Shown here: piece after piece, positions 34,890 through 46,916 of the stretch | Layout of the letters: each line of letters begins with the position of its first letter | Position numbering within the stretch: the stretch's first letter is position 1 | Assembly (NCBI GenBank): GCA_002135175.2 | Contig: CP022929.1 | Location: 21,231 to 85,230, forward strand | Reading direction: 5' to 3' | DNA: 64,000 bases | Origin: Candidatus Spiroplasma holothuricola | Lineage (GTDB): Bacteria > Bacillota_I > Bacilli_A > Mycoplasmatales > MT37 | Made by a program: the position numbers and the translations under genes | The notes under the pieces: generated by a model | Databases searched by the model: none | What the model was told of the DNA's origin: nothing | The model's input: the letters and a program-made list of their open reading frames with translations, nothing else

Positions 34890-35396
34890 ATGGAACAGAC
34901 AAACAAAGATATCTATGAAATTTTAATTGAAATTCCCAAAAACTCTGCTGTTAAGTATGAATATGATAAAAAAAGCGAATCCATTCATGTTGATCGTTTT
35001 CTTCATGGAACAAATGTTTATCCAGGAAATTACGGATTCTTCCCCAACACTATAGAAGATGATGGTGATCCTCTTGATGTAATTGTCATTTCTACCCATC
35101 CAGTTATGTCTGGTTCAACAATGAAAATTAGAATAATCGGAGCTCTTGACATGGATGATGAAAATAAACAAGACACGAAAATTCTTGGTATTTTTACTGG
35201 TGATCCTTTTTACAATAAAATTTTCAACTATACTGATTTACCTGAGATTTTACTTGCCCAAATTGTTGATTTTTTCCAAAATTATAAAAATTTAGAAAAC
35301 AAAAAAGTAGTTATTAAAGATTGATCCTCAGCCGGAAACGCAAAGAGAATCGTTGCTGCTTCTCGTAGTCGTTTTCTTCAACAAAAAACTTGTTAA
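34890..35396 (+). CDS. ppa: inorganic pyrophosphatase (family I)
   Basis: Sequences IEIPKNSAVKYEYDK, YPGNYGFFPNT and DGDPLDVIV are present. It extends through TGA to TAA 35394-35396. Confidence 0.92.
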
Positions 35397-37072
35397 TGAA
35401 TATTTGTTGAAATTAAATTAACGGCAATTAAAGGTAATATTTTTTTTTCTTTGTAAACAAAGTCACCTACTTTGTTGATAATGATATTTTCTAATTTTTT
35501 GTGTTCAAATGCTTGTGTGTTTAAAAACATTGCACCATTTTCCAGGACGATCTTTTCCAATTCTCGATAAAAATGAGATTGTTTTTTCAAAGTAAAACAA
35601 CCACGAGAAATAATAATTGGTGATTTGATGATTTTTTTGGTTGTTTCTGAAATATTGATGGAAATTCCAATAATTCCATTTTTCATCATCATTTGTCGAT
35701 TGTTCAAAATTTGAAAATCTTCTTCTGAACTTTTATCCTCACCAATATAGACAGCTCGAATTTCCGGCATTTCTTTTTTTTGAATTATTCCATTTTTCAT
35801 CATTAATTGATCACCATTTTTGCAAACAAAAACATTTTTTTCGGGTATTCCTACTTTTTCAGCAGTTTTTCCGTGAATTCGTAACATTCGGTATTCACCG
35901 TGTATTGGCATAAAGTATTTGGGTTTGAGCAATGTGATCATTAATTTTTGTTCTTCTTGATTGGCATGACCACTGGTATGAATTCGATTGAAGGGACTGT
36001 CTAATTCAACTTGAATTTTTTTCTTTCTCAATTTATTGATCAAATTCTCCAATCGATAGTGATTTCCTGGAATGGCTCGAGAAGAAAAAATCAAAATATC
36101 TTTTTCACCAGCTTTGATGTTTTTATGAATATTATCAGCAATTTTTGACACCGCCGATAACTCTTCTCCTTGAGAACCAGTACAAATAACAATAACTTTT
36201 TCGGGTGGATATTTTTCAATCTCATTTGATTCAATAAATGTCCCTTTTTTTAATTCCAAATATTTTCTTGCCCGAACAATATCAATAATATTCTTGATGG
36301 TTATTCCTAAAACAGCAATTTTTCGTTTTGCCTCTTGGGCAACCATGATCACTTCATAAATTCGATCCACATTTGATGCAAACGTTGCAATTAAAATTCG
36401 CTTATTTTGATGAATAATAAAGTTCTTGATATTTTCAATTACTTCTCTTTCTGTAAAGTTCAATTGGTTAATTTCTGAATTTGTTGAATCCGACAGCATC
36501 AAAGTAACACCTTGTTTACAAATTTTTTGAATTCTTTCAAAATTTGTTTTTTTCCCCAAAGGAGTCAAATCAATCTTGAAGTCTCCTGTTGTCAAAACAG
36601 TGCCATTGGGAGTTTTTACAAAAATTCCAAAGGAATTAGGAATTGAGTGTGTCACTTGAAAAAAAGAAACTTCAAAATATTTTGTTTTGATCACATCTGT
36701 TTCCTTGTATTCATTTAATTTTCATTTTTTCTTCACCTTATTCTTTTTCAACTTCAATTTAATCAAATCACTTGCCAAAGGCGGAGCATAAATGTTGGGT
36801 ATGTTTATTTTTTGAAGTAAAAAAGGAATTCCACCAATATGATCTTCATGACCATGAGTAATAAACAAAGCCTTTATTTTGCTAGCATTTTGTACTAAAT
36901 AATCATAATCTGGAATGATAATTTCAACTCCGAGTAAATTTTTACCAGCGAATTTAATCCCTGCATCAATCAAAATTATTTCGTCGTTGTGTTCAATGCA
37001 ATAAGTGTTTTTTCCAACTTCTGATAGACCACCCAAGGCCATAATTTTGGTTGTAAATTCAATGTTTGACAT
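35393..37072 (-). CDS. rnj: ribonuclease J
   Basis: A 559-aa code-4 ORF with a metallo-beta-lactamase motif ([10 protein letters not shown]) and a beta-CASP region (...[10 protein letters not shown]...). Its two fragments share a frame. Confidence 0.92.
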
Positions 37073-37278
37073 GTAATTAATTTGTTATGATTCTTTTTTT
37101 ATTTTAAAACAAAAACCACAGCAAACCAATCAAACCATGATTAAATATTTAATTTTTAATTAAATTTTTTAGTTTTCTTCTTTAACTTTTGAATTAGCTT
37201 AAAATTTTAACTAAATAAAAAACTACTTTTTTGTTAAATCAGAATTAGTTTAACATCACAAATTAATTTATTTATTTT

Positions 37279-38448
37279 ATGAAGATAATCACGGGAAAAC
37301 TTAAGAACCACACAATCAATCCCAAAAAAAATATAAATTTTTCTCCAATTTCTTCTTACCTCCGAGAGGTTATTTTTGATGTTTTTAATTCAATTTGAAG
37401 TTGGGAAAATAAGGATATTATTGACTTATTTGCTGGGACAGGAATTTTAGGATTTGAAGCTTTATCAAGAGGATGTAAATTCGTTTATTTCAATGATATT
37501 AATAAAAAAAACATTGATAATATTAATTTATTTTCAAAAGATAAATTAGAAAACAATCAATATTCAGCTGATAATTTGCCTTACAAACAATTTTTACTGA
37601 AACTAAAACAAAGCAAAATAAAAGTTGATCTTGTTTTTATTGATCCTCCTTTCAAATCTCCAGAAATGATTGAAAATGCGATGTCCTATTTAGCTAAAAA
37701 TCATATTGTTAAATACGGAGGGTTTGCAATTGTTGTTAGTAAAAATTTTGTCGAAGTTAGTGATTCTAATTGAATAGTTGTCAGAAACAAAAAATATGGT
37801 CAAAAAATTTTCACACTTTGAAAATTTAGAAAAGAAGAAAAAATAATATTGGCTCGTTCAAAATCAAAATTTCTGCTTATTTCCGGAGCAAGTGGGGTTG
37901 GGAAAAGTAAAATTATTGCTGAATTAATAGCTGATCAGAGTTTGAATTTAGCCTACTCTGTTTCTTCAACAACAAGAAAAAAGAGAGAAATTGAAATCAA
38001 TCAAAAAAATTATTTCTTTGTTTCTCTTAACGATTTTCAAAAGATTAAAAATGAAGAAGGATTCCTTGAGTATGCTAAATTTAACAATCATTTTTATGGA
38101 ACTTCTAAGGAATATGTTAACAATTTAATGGTCCAAGAAAAAAACGTCCTCCTTGAGACGGAACTTATCGGAGCCGAGATTTTAAAAAAAAAGTTAGTAC
38201 CAATTTACTGAATTTACATCTTACCTCCGAGAATTGAAAAATTAAAATTTCGTCTTGAAAAAAGAAAAACAGAAAACAAAAACGATCAAGAGCACAGAAT
38301 TAAAAAATCAATTAATGAAATCAAGTATGTTTTAGAAAATAAACCATTTGATTTTTGTATTATTAATGAAGAAATCAAAGACTCTGTCGCTCAAATCAAA
38401 ACATTTTTGTTGAAAAAATCTTTTGATTGAAAAGTTCCAAAATCTTAA
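37279..38448 (+). CDS. gmk: single 389-codon ORF fusing 16S rRNA m2G966 methyltransferase RsmD (N-terminal) to guanylate kinase (C-terminal)
   Basis: The RsmD part has DLFAGTGILGFEALSRG and the motif VFIDPPF. The Gmk part has the P-loop ISGASGVGKS, plus SSTTRKKRE and YGTSKEY. I read the junction at 37771-37851 codon by codon and found no TAA or TAG in frame. The TAA at 37844-37846 is out of frame. Confidence 0.8.
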
Positions 38449-38453
38449 ATAAA

Positions 38454-39164
38454 ATGAAATTTGAAGTTTTTTCAAAGTCAAAAACAGGCATAAACAAGCT
38501 CCTTAATCAAGACAGCATTGTTTTTGGACAAAATTCTTTTCATCAAAGTTTATTTGCTATTGCTGATGGTGTGGGAACTTATCGTAGCTCTCAAACTGCA
38601 TCTCGAATTGCTTGTGATTATCTGTATAAATCTTTTTTAAAACATGATCTTGAAAAATGATCTCAAGAAGAAATTTCTAATTGAATTAAAAATTTGATTC
38701 AAAAAGATCTTCAAAAACAATTTCAAAAAATTCCCGAAAAAATTGCAACAACAATTTCTTTTGCGATTTTTATGAAAAAAAAAATTTATATTGTTCATGT
38801 TGGTGATACTAGAATTTATCAAAAAAAAGAGTTTTCCTCTACTCTATTTCAATTAACAAGAGATCACAGTTCTCATCAAAATCAAATTAATAAAATATCT
38901 TGAACACAAGGATCCAATTTTCTCGATAATTCCTTGGGTAATACTAGCAATTGTTTTATTGATGAAATGTTTTTACCGCTTGAAAAGGGCATTTTTCTTT
39001 TCACTACGGATGGGCTTCATGATTTTGTTCCTATCCCCAAAATGAATGAAATTCTTAATCACAAAAACCTATCCATTGATGAAAAAATTCAAACTATTTT
39101 TAATCATGCAATTTTTCAAGGATCAGGTGATGATGCAACAATGATTTTTGTCAATTTAACTTAA
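38454..39164 (+). CDS. prpC: PP2C-family Ser/Thr protein phosphatase
   Basis: Sequences AIADGVGT, VHVGDTRIY, FTTDGLHD and GSGDDATMIFV are present. Three fragments share one frame. Confidence 0.85.
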
Positions 39165-39174
39165 AATTAAAAAA

Positions 39175-40206
39175 ATGGATACAAACATCGGCAAAATTTT
39201 TAAAGAACGCTATGAAATTATTGGTGAACTTTCTCATGGTGGTTCATCACATATTTATGTGGGTCAAGATTTAACACTCAATCGCAAAATCATTATTAAA
39301 ATTTTTCTTCCCCAAATTTTTTCAAGTATTAAAAATGAAGATTTATTTTTAAATGAAGTTCAAATCACCAGTCGCCTCGTTCACAAAAATATTGTTAAAA
39401 TTTTTGATTTTTTTAAATTTCAAAACAAACTTTGTTTAATTTTGGAATATGTGCAAGGACCAACTCTCCGTGATTTGATTGATCAAAATCAAGAGTTTAA
39501 CGAAAAAAAAATCGCCAATATTTTTGAACAGTTATTGACTGCTGTGGAATTTGCTCATTCGAAAAACATTGTTCATCGAGATTTAAAACCTGAAAATATC
39601 ATCATTCTTCAGAACAACAAAGTAAAAATTTTAGATTTTGGGATTTCAATTGATCGTACTTATTTAACTCAGAAAGCTGAGTTACAATTGATTGGCAGTG
39701 CCAAATATATTGCTCCTGAAGTTGTTGCTAATCAAATATACACTGTGCAAAGTGACATTTATTCAATCGGTATCATTCTTTACGAAGTTTTATTGGGACA
39801 ACCGCCATTTGATAATGAAAGTTTAGTTTTATTGATGAAAAAACATCTTTATGAACGCATAATTAGAGTACGTGAATATAATCGAAACATCAGTCAACAA
39901 ATGGAAAATATTGTTATTTTAGCAACGGCCAAAAATCCTGAAGAAAGATACATATCAATTGAGCAAATGATAGTTGATTTTAATTATTTGTTAGTCATTC
40001 ATGATCAACCAAAACCAATTTTTTTAAAAAATGAAATTTATCGTGGAGAAATTAGTAATCAGATTTTAATCGACGAAAGTTCAAAATCAATCAATGCCTT
40101 TTGATTGGAAAAAAGATTTTTTTTTCTTCTCTCGATTTTTTTGTTGACACTTTTTTTGTTTTTTTTAGTGATTGTTGTTTTTTTATATTCAAAACAAATT
40201 AATTAA
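39175..40206 (+). CDS. prkC: Hanks-type Ser/Thr protein kinase with a C-terminal TM helix and no PASTA domains
   Basis: Sequences HRDLKPENI, ILDFG and APE (KYIAPEV) are present. After TGA 40102-40104 the ORF continues into the hydrophobic segment FFFLLSIFLLTLFLFFLVIVVFLY and stops at TAA 40204-40206. Confidence 0.9.
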
Positions 40207-40279
40207 TAGCCAATTCATAATGTTATTCTTAAGATTGTCAAGTCGTTTAAAATAACAGCTTATATACACAAAAAAAATA

Positions 40280-40516
40280 ATGTCAAAACTCAAAAAAATA
40301 ATAATTCTAATTTTCGTCTGCTCTTTTTTAATATTTTCGGGAGCGCTTAGTATTTTCTTGGTGAATAAAGAAGCTTTGAGAGTTGAAGAATCAAGAAAGG
40401 CAAGCCTCATATTCAAAACATCGTCAGCAAACATCGTTAAAACAACAAGAAAATATCAAAAAAAGCTGATGGATTACATGAACCAACAAACTGAAACACC
40501 AACCCACCAAACTTAA
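40280..40516 (+). CDS. small (78 aa) N-terminally anchored membrane protein
   Basis: An ORF with an N-terminal TM helix (IIILIFVCSFLIFSGALSIFLV) and a polar tail. Confidence 0.45.
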   Translation: MSKLKKIIILIFVCSFLIFSGALSIFLVNKEALRVEESRKASLIFKTSSANIVKTTRKYQKKLMDYMNQQTETPTHQT

Positions 40517-40522
40517 CCTAAA

Positions 40523-40663
40523 ATGAAAAACAATAAAACACGAACGAACCTAACCAGAATAATTTTTACCTTTCTGTTGGGTGTCATGGCAATAATCCCA
40601 ATATTTACACTCGATAACTATAATCCTCAAATCCAATCTTATTCCACAAATTCACTCAAATAA
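40523..40663 (+). CDS. small (46 aa) membrane protein
   Basis: The ORF runs from ATG 40523 to TAA 40661-40663. It has a basic N-terminus followed by a TM helix (IIFTFLLGVMAIIPIF). It is below the track size cut-off. Confidence 0.35.
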   Translation: MKNNKTRTNLTRIIFTFLLGVMAIIPIFTLDNYNPQIQSYSTNSLK

Positions 40664-40848
40664 ACAAGATAAATTTCATCTTTTTTGACTTTAAAGATTA
40701 AAATGGCTTTGTAAATTTTCTTTTTTTTGAATTTTTAGTTGAAAATTTTTTTTAAAAAACTTTTCAAAAAAAGAATGATTTTAAATTTTTTGATTAAATT
40801 AAATTTTTAGTACTTTTAACTAAAAAATTAGGTTTCAAAAAACCTATA

Positions 40849-43800
40849 ATGAACAAAAAAAAAATTTTTAAATTTATTACAAGCTTGGTGACTGTTGGGA
40901 CAATTTTTACGGGAACCACAGTTTTTATTTTTAGTTCACGATCCTTCTTTCTCAATCAAAATTTGTTTGATTCAATTAATTCAAATTTGATTAAACAAGA
41001 AGTCAATTTTAAATCGTTTCAAAATTTTAAAAAAATTTTTATGAAAGTTATTGAAAATTATGAAAAATTTAAAGTTGTTGATGAATTTAAATATTTAGAA
41101 CAATTTAATTTAAAAAACAAAGAAGATTTTCAAAAATTGAACAACAAAATTGACTTAATAATTAAGTATGTAAATAATAATGAAGACAAAAATAAAGATG
41201 ATCTCATTAAATTACCACAATCAGAACAAGAAGAATTGGCAAATTTTTTGAACAGTTTATTTAAAAAATCTACTGTGAATGGATCAACTTCAAACTCCCA
41301 TCCCAAAATATGAATTAATGAATTAATCAGTATTTTTTCGGAAAAAATTGATAAAGCTGAATTTGAAATAAATATTCAAAAGTTAATTACTAAGTTTGTT
41401 GCTGAAAAAATTACATCTAAAATTTCAGTTTTTATGAATTTTAGTGATTTTTTTATGAAGTTAAAAATAACAAAGTTAAATATGACACTACCCAGTAATT
41501 TCAACTATGAAAAATTTTTGAAAATTTTCAGAAAAAGTGATGACTCCATTGGAGAATTTGAATATGAAATAGACGAAATGAAACTAAATAAATTAACAAA
41601 TAAAATGATTAAAATATTTTTTTTATATGATTTTTCCGAATTTAAAAAAGTTATTTCAAAATTAAAAAACGAATGAGATCAAATATTAATTTTAAAAATA
41701 ACTTTAACTGAAAATGATTTGAGTGAAGCTTTCAAATATATTGAAGAAATAGAAGATGAAGAAAACAAAAGTGGCAAAATCACAGAATTAAATACAATTT
41801 TAGACCCAATTACTTATAGTCAATTAATGTCATGATACAAAAAAAATAATGCTCTTTCAACGGATTACATAATCGATACAGATGTAATTGAAAGATTAGA
41901 TAATGTTAGTCTTAATGCCGTAAATAAATTAAATTTGACTACTTTTCTCAATAAAATTAAAGAATTTAAAAAAATCGATAAACAAAAAATTTTGATAAAA
42001 ACAATCACCGATGCTGTCATTGGTGATCTCATCAGTTACGTCGAAACACTAAATCCAACATCCAAACAAAAATTAATTACGAATCTAAATACAAATTTAT
42101 CAAATGATCTAACATATGCATCATTAATTCGGCTTTTAGATACACAAAATAACTATGCAACAAATAATGAAGTTATTAAAAATTTGACCGACATTGAATT
42201 AATTAAATGAGACAATCTCAATCTAACTGATTTTAAAGCCCAAATTCAAAGTTGAAAAGATGAAGAAGAAAAACGCACAACTTTAAAAGAAACACTTAAT
42301 GATGCAAATTTAGCTGAATTATTGCAATATGTCGAATCATTAGATGAATCAATAAAAACAACATTAATCAATGATCTTGATTTAAAACTAGGTGACAGTC
42401 GAACATATGCTAAATTAATCCAACTTTTTGGCGAAGATAATAATTATCAAATAAATAATGATGCGATTGATGTATTAACAGGCAATGATTTGGATATTTG
42501 AGACACGTTCGACTTAACAAACTTTAAGATAAAAATTGATGAACACAAAAATCAAAAAACACTTACAATTGAGCTGGAAAAAGATGGAATAATTGAATTA
42601 ATAAAATTTTTTGAAAAATGAGAAGACAAAAGTGCCAAAGAGAATGAATTGGATGTAATCCTTGGAAATAATGTTAGTTATTTGAATCTAAAAGGTCTTT
42701 TTGACTCAACGGATTGAACTGTTGATGAAAATGTGATAAATGCACTTTCTGGTGATAGTTTAGATAAATGAGATGGACTTGATTTAACCAATTTCAAAGC
42801 AAAAATTCAAGAATGAAAAGATGAATATGAAAAACAGACAATCTTAAAAGAAACAATCAATGAAGCTGGATTGTCGACATTGTTGGCATATGTTGAATCA
42901 TTAAGTGACACTGCAAAAGCAACATTAATTAACACTTTAAATTTAACACTTGGAGATGAACAAACATATGCAAAATTAATTCAACTTTTAAATGTGGACA
43001 TCAATTATCAAGCAAATGAAGTCATTATTAAAGCTTTGACAGGAGATGAACTAACAAAATGAGATAACTTAGATCTAACTGAATTCAAAGCCAAAATTGA
43101 AACACATAAAAAACAAACAGCACTGAAAAAGAAATTAAAGGACGATGGAGAAATTGCTGGATTAATTAAAAATTTTCAAGAGTTTTTCAATGATAATCAA
43201 GAAAAAATCGATGAATTAAATGGTACTTTGAACAATGGTTTAACTTACAATGATTTATTGAACTTATTTACCAAAAATTCTGATGACACGTACTCATTGA
43301 ATGAACTAGCAATCTTTTCTTTAGAGGGAGAAGAATTGACCAAATGAAACGATTTGGATTTAATCAATTTCAAAGCAAAAATTAATGAACAGAAAAAACA
43401 ACAAACACTCAAAGAGAAGCTAGAAAATGCAGACTTAAAGGAATTATTGAAGTTTTTCGAAATTTGAGACGAAAAGGTAACCAAAAAAAGTGAGTTGGAT
43501 ACAGCTCTTGGAGAGAGTATTAGTTATTCAGATATGATAGGTCTTTTTGATTCAGTAGATTGAACTGTTGATGAAAATGTGATAAATGCACTTTCTGGTG
43601 AAAGTTTAACTAAATGAGATGGACTTGATTTAACCAATTTCAAAGCAAAAATTCAAGAATGAAAAGATGAAGAAGAAAAACGCACAACTTTAAAAGAAAC
43701 ACTTAATGATGCAAATTTAGCTGAATTATTGATTTCATTTGAAAGTTGAAATATCAACGATAAAAGCGAAAAAATAACAATGTTAGATAACTTGCTTGGT

Positions 43801-44718
43801 GACGACATCACTTATATAAATCTGAAAAGTTTTTTAAATGCAGAAAATTGAACTGTTAATGAAAACGTGATAAATGAGCTTTCTGGTGATAGTTTAGATA
43901 AATGAGATGGACTTGATTTGACTAATTTTAAAACGAAACTTACGGAATATGCAGTATCAAAAAAAAGAATACTATTAATCATAGAGACGAAGAAATTGAA
44001 AGATAAAATTGAACTCTTTCAAAGATTATTGATTCAAAAAAAAGATGGATATGAAGCTGCACAAACACAAATCAATAATGCATTACCAGAAGGTTTGACC
44101 TTTGAAGATTTGAAAAGTCTGTTTGCAATTGATGGAGATTCTGGCTTTTCAATATTAAAAGAAAATGAAATTAATCAATTGATGGGGAACGATTTGGACA
44201 AGTGAACTGGTCTAAATGGACAAGCAATCATTGATATCATAAATACCTATGATCAGGGAGTGGATAAAGTTGCTCCAGCTTATTATGATCAGATTGATAA
44301 TTTAATTGATTTTGAAGAATTAAAAACAACGTTAAAACAAAATAAAAATACCGAACAAATTGCCAAAATTGATTCCATGAAAATAATCAAAACAGTGATT
44401 GGCATCGACCATCTCTATGAAAAAGTAGTGTGAACATACTTGTTAGATGGGAAAATTTTTAAATTCTGGGTGACTATCGTTGTAGGAAATTTTAAAACGT
44501 TCAATGTCAATAAAAATTACACAGAACTTTGATTCCAACAGGGTGAACTGGATGATCTGGAAAACATTGACACAATTTTGGAAACAAGTGTGATAGATAT
44601 CAACAGACCAAGACCAGAAGCAAACAAAATGAAAAATTGACCTGATGTGAAAAAATACATTGACATAAATTTAAAAAACAAAATGAATCGTTATTTTTTT
44701 GACACATCTCCTGCATAA
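40849..44718 (+). CDS. 1289-aa membrane-anchored/secreted tandem-repeat protein (candidate surface protein)
   Basis: Five track fragments (40849, 41434, 41935, 42871, 43918) all share one frame and are joined by TGA codons. The stop is TAA 44716-44718. The N-terminal hydrophobic anchor reads FKFITSLVTVGTIFTGTTVFIF. About 8 units of ~95 aa each end in ...L(S/T)G(D/E)xLxKW(D/N)xLDLTxFKAKI. Confidence 0.85.
41930..44205 (+). repeat. in-frame tandem repeat array with a period of about 270-290 nt and about 8 units of two alternating subtypes
   Basis: The LDLTxFK motif recurs near 41935, 42215, 42505, 42785, 43070, 43355, 43625 and 43915. An exact 72-nt repeat occurs at 42253-42324 and 43660-43731. 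A ~114-nt near-identical repeat occurs at 42713-42826 and 43558-43671, with a third diverged copy at 43849-43930. Confidence 0.9.
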
Positions 44719-44970
44719 TCTTATTATTGAAAAGGATTATTTTTGAGATACGAATGAGAAATGACTGATAAATTCAAAAAACCCTTGACTTCTAAACGAT
44801 TTTTGATTGCATTAAAAGTATCAAATATTTTTCATATTATTAAGTATTGTTGATTAATTCAATAATGACTTCTTATTGGTTTGTTCCAATAAAATGAGTT
44901 TTTGATAATAAAAAATTATCGACTTCAGATGATAATTAATGGTTGATTTTGTGGCAAAATGATTAAGATT

Positions 44971-45046
44971 GGACACTTAACTCAGTTGGTAGAGTATCTG
45001 ACTCTTAATCAGAAAGTCACAGGTTCGAATCCTGTAGTGTCCACCA
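44971..45046 (+). tRNA. trnK: tRNA-Lys (anticodon CTT), CCA encoded
   Basis: The cloverleaf folds by hand. The acceptor stem is GGACACT/AGTGTCC, the D stem ACTC/GAGT and the anticodon stem TCTGA/TCAGA. The anticodon loop is CTCTTAA. The T arm is ACAGG-TTCGAAT-CCTGT. A T-run follows. Confidence 0.95.
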
Positions 45047-45279
45047 TTTTTTCATAAAATTAAAACAAATTGTTCAACCTTATAACTTGATTGAATGATG
45101 ATGGAATTAAATGAAAAAATCATTGAGAATAGTGCTTGTTTTATAATTAAAGTTAATGATTTTTGCCAAAACTGATTTGGTAAATAACGCTAAGTTTTTG
45201 TAAAAAATAACTTTGATTCGGGTGAGATGTTTAAGTTAAAACAAGTAGCTGATGATTGAATCAAATTTATTGATTCACT

Positions 45280-46791
45280 TTAAAGTGGAATATCATAGGG
45301 AAGAATTTCCAGTTTTTTATTATCGATATTACCTCGTTTTGAGAAAATAGAGCTAACACCGATTTGACCAAACAACATTAAGAAAATTGTATAAAACTTA
45401 AAAACAACTCGTTTGTCAGCTACTTCATTGGTCAGATCGAATGTGGTCAACCCAACATTACCAAGAGCAGAACTGAAATAGAATAAGTAGTCTGTTGTGG
45501 TCTTGGCAGTATCAGTTACACCAGTTGTTTTATTAATGATGCTGAAAGCAAACAGGCTGATAATTGTTCCAAATAAAATCATAATTAAACTTAAAATGAC
45601 TGTGCTTTGGGCGTTTTCCACAACAGTAGCACTAATCGAACGACGCTTAATAATAATATTATGTTTTCGATCGCGAGCAAGCAAAACTGCCAAAATCACT
45701 AATCCAAATGCTGTTGTTTTAATACCTCCTCCAGTCGATAACGGTGAAGTTCCAATAAACATGAGGGCAGTGATAACGAGACGAGAAGCTTCACTAAAAT
45801 AAGTTCCAATATCAACCGTAGAGAATCCGGCCGAACGGGCAGACATAACGTTGAAAACTACTGCCAAAAATAATGGCTGGTTAGAGGCATCAGTAGTAAT
45901 GCCTTTTTTGGTGGCTTCAAAAATAAAAACCACGGCAATTCCAAAAAATGCTAATAAAAAATAAATAGTAAGGACAAATTTCTCAAAAAAATAATTTTTG
46001 GGAAGAATGTTGCTGGCATTTGGAGCAATGAATTTTTTTTTCAAATAATCTCATATATTAAGAAAAATTGGAAAACCAATACCTCCAAGAACAAAAAGAA
46101 CAATGAAAACAATTTGAATTCCAAAAAAATTAGCAAATGGTATTAATGAAGTTCCACCCGTAAAAATATCGAAACCAGAATTATTTGTTGCTGAAACTGA
46201 ATGAAACACGGCATGTCAGGCACTTGTTCAAAAATCTAGTGAATATTTTTCATGAAGAACACTATTGTCTCAAGTGTTGAAAAAAAAAATGAAAAAAAAG
46301 AACAAAAAACCAATAAATTCAATGAGCAATAAAAAGTAAAAACTGACGACAAGCATTCTTCTTACTTTATTCGATGAAAAACTGCCTCCACGTTCATAAC
46401 TTTGTTCATTGAAATCAATGTAACGACCACCAATATTGAAAAAATAAAGAACAAATTGAAACAAACTAATTTTGAAAAATAGAAGCCCAACTCCCCCAAT
46501 GATCATTAAAAAAAGAATGATCACTTGTCCGATTTCGGTCATCGTGCCACCAATATCATAAGTTGTTAAACCGGTATTAGAAGCAGCAGAAACAACCAGA
46601 TAAAGATTATTTATAAAATTAGCATCTTTAACACTTGTTCCATTTCAAGCAAAAGGTGCAAGAAAAATGAGGGCAAAAAAAATAAGAACTAACCCATAAG
46701 TCAGTCAAACTCTCAAGCCTGTTGCTCAATGACCCAAAAAAAAGTTTTGCCATTTGTTAAAAAATCAACTCAACCACAAACGAGATTTCAT
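45280..46791 (-). CDS. ktrB: Ktr/Trk-type potassium uptake membrane subunit (KtrB/TrkH)
   Basis: A 503-aa code-4 ORF whose fragments share a frame. Repeated pore-loop motifs are present: NTGLTT, NSGFD, RSAGFST and PLSTGGGIKT. Confidence 0.88.
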
Positions 46792-46916
46792 TTTTTTCGA
46801 TCTTTATATTCTTTAAACAGTTTAAACTGAACAAATGGAAAAAATTATTTTATATTCTAAACAATAGTATAAATAAAATAGTAATAAAGAACTAATCATA
46901 TATCAAAAAATTAATA

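Noticed and set aside
41930-44205. The regular ~285-nt periodic repeats could be a CRISPR-like or satellite array.
   Set aside because: The period is far too long and there is no short-repeat/unique-spacer alternation. The array stays in one open reading frame under code 4, with conserved amino-acid motifs. These are protein-coding tandem repeats.
45100-45190. A 29-codon ORF (MMMELNEKIIENSACFIIKVNDFCQNWFGK) between tRNA-Lys and ktrB.
   Set aside because: It has no Shine-Dalgarno sequence, no promoter or terminator signals and no distinctive composition. It is indistinguishable from a chance ORF.
46792-46916. A possible c-di-AMP (ydaO-type) riboswitch or other leader in the ktrB/ktrA divergent spacer, and T-box leaders upstream of metG, thrS, pheS, ileS and lysS.
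   Set aside because: The spacers are very short or almost pure A/T. I saw no conserved T-box (…GGTGGTACCGCG…-like) or riboswitch core sequence and no convincing stems.
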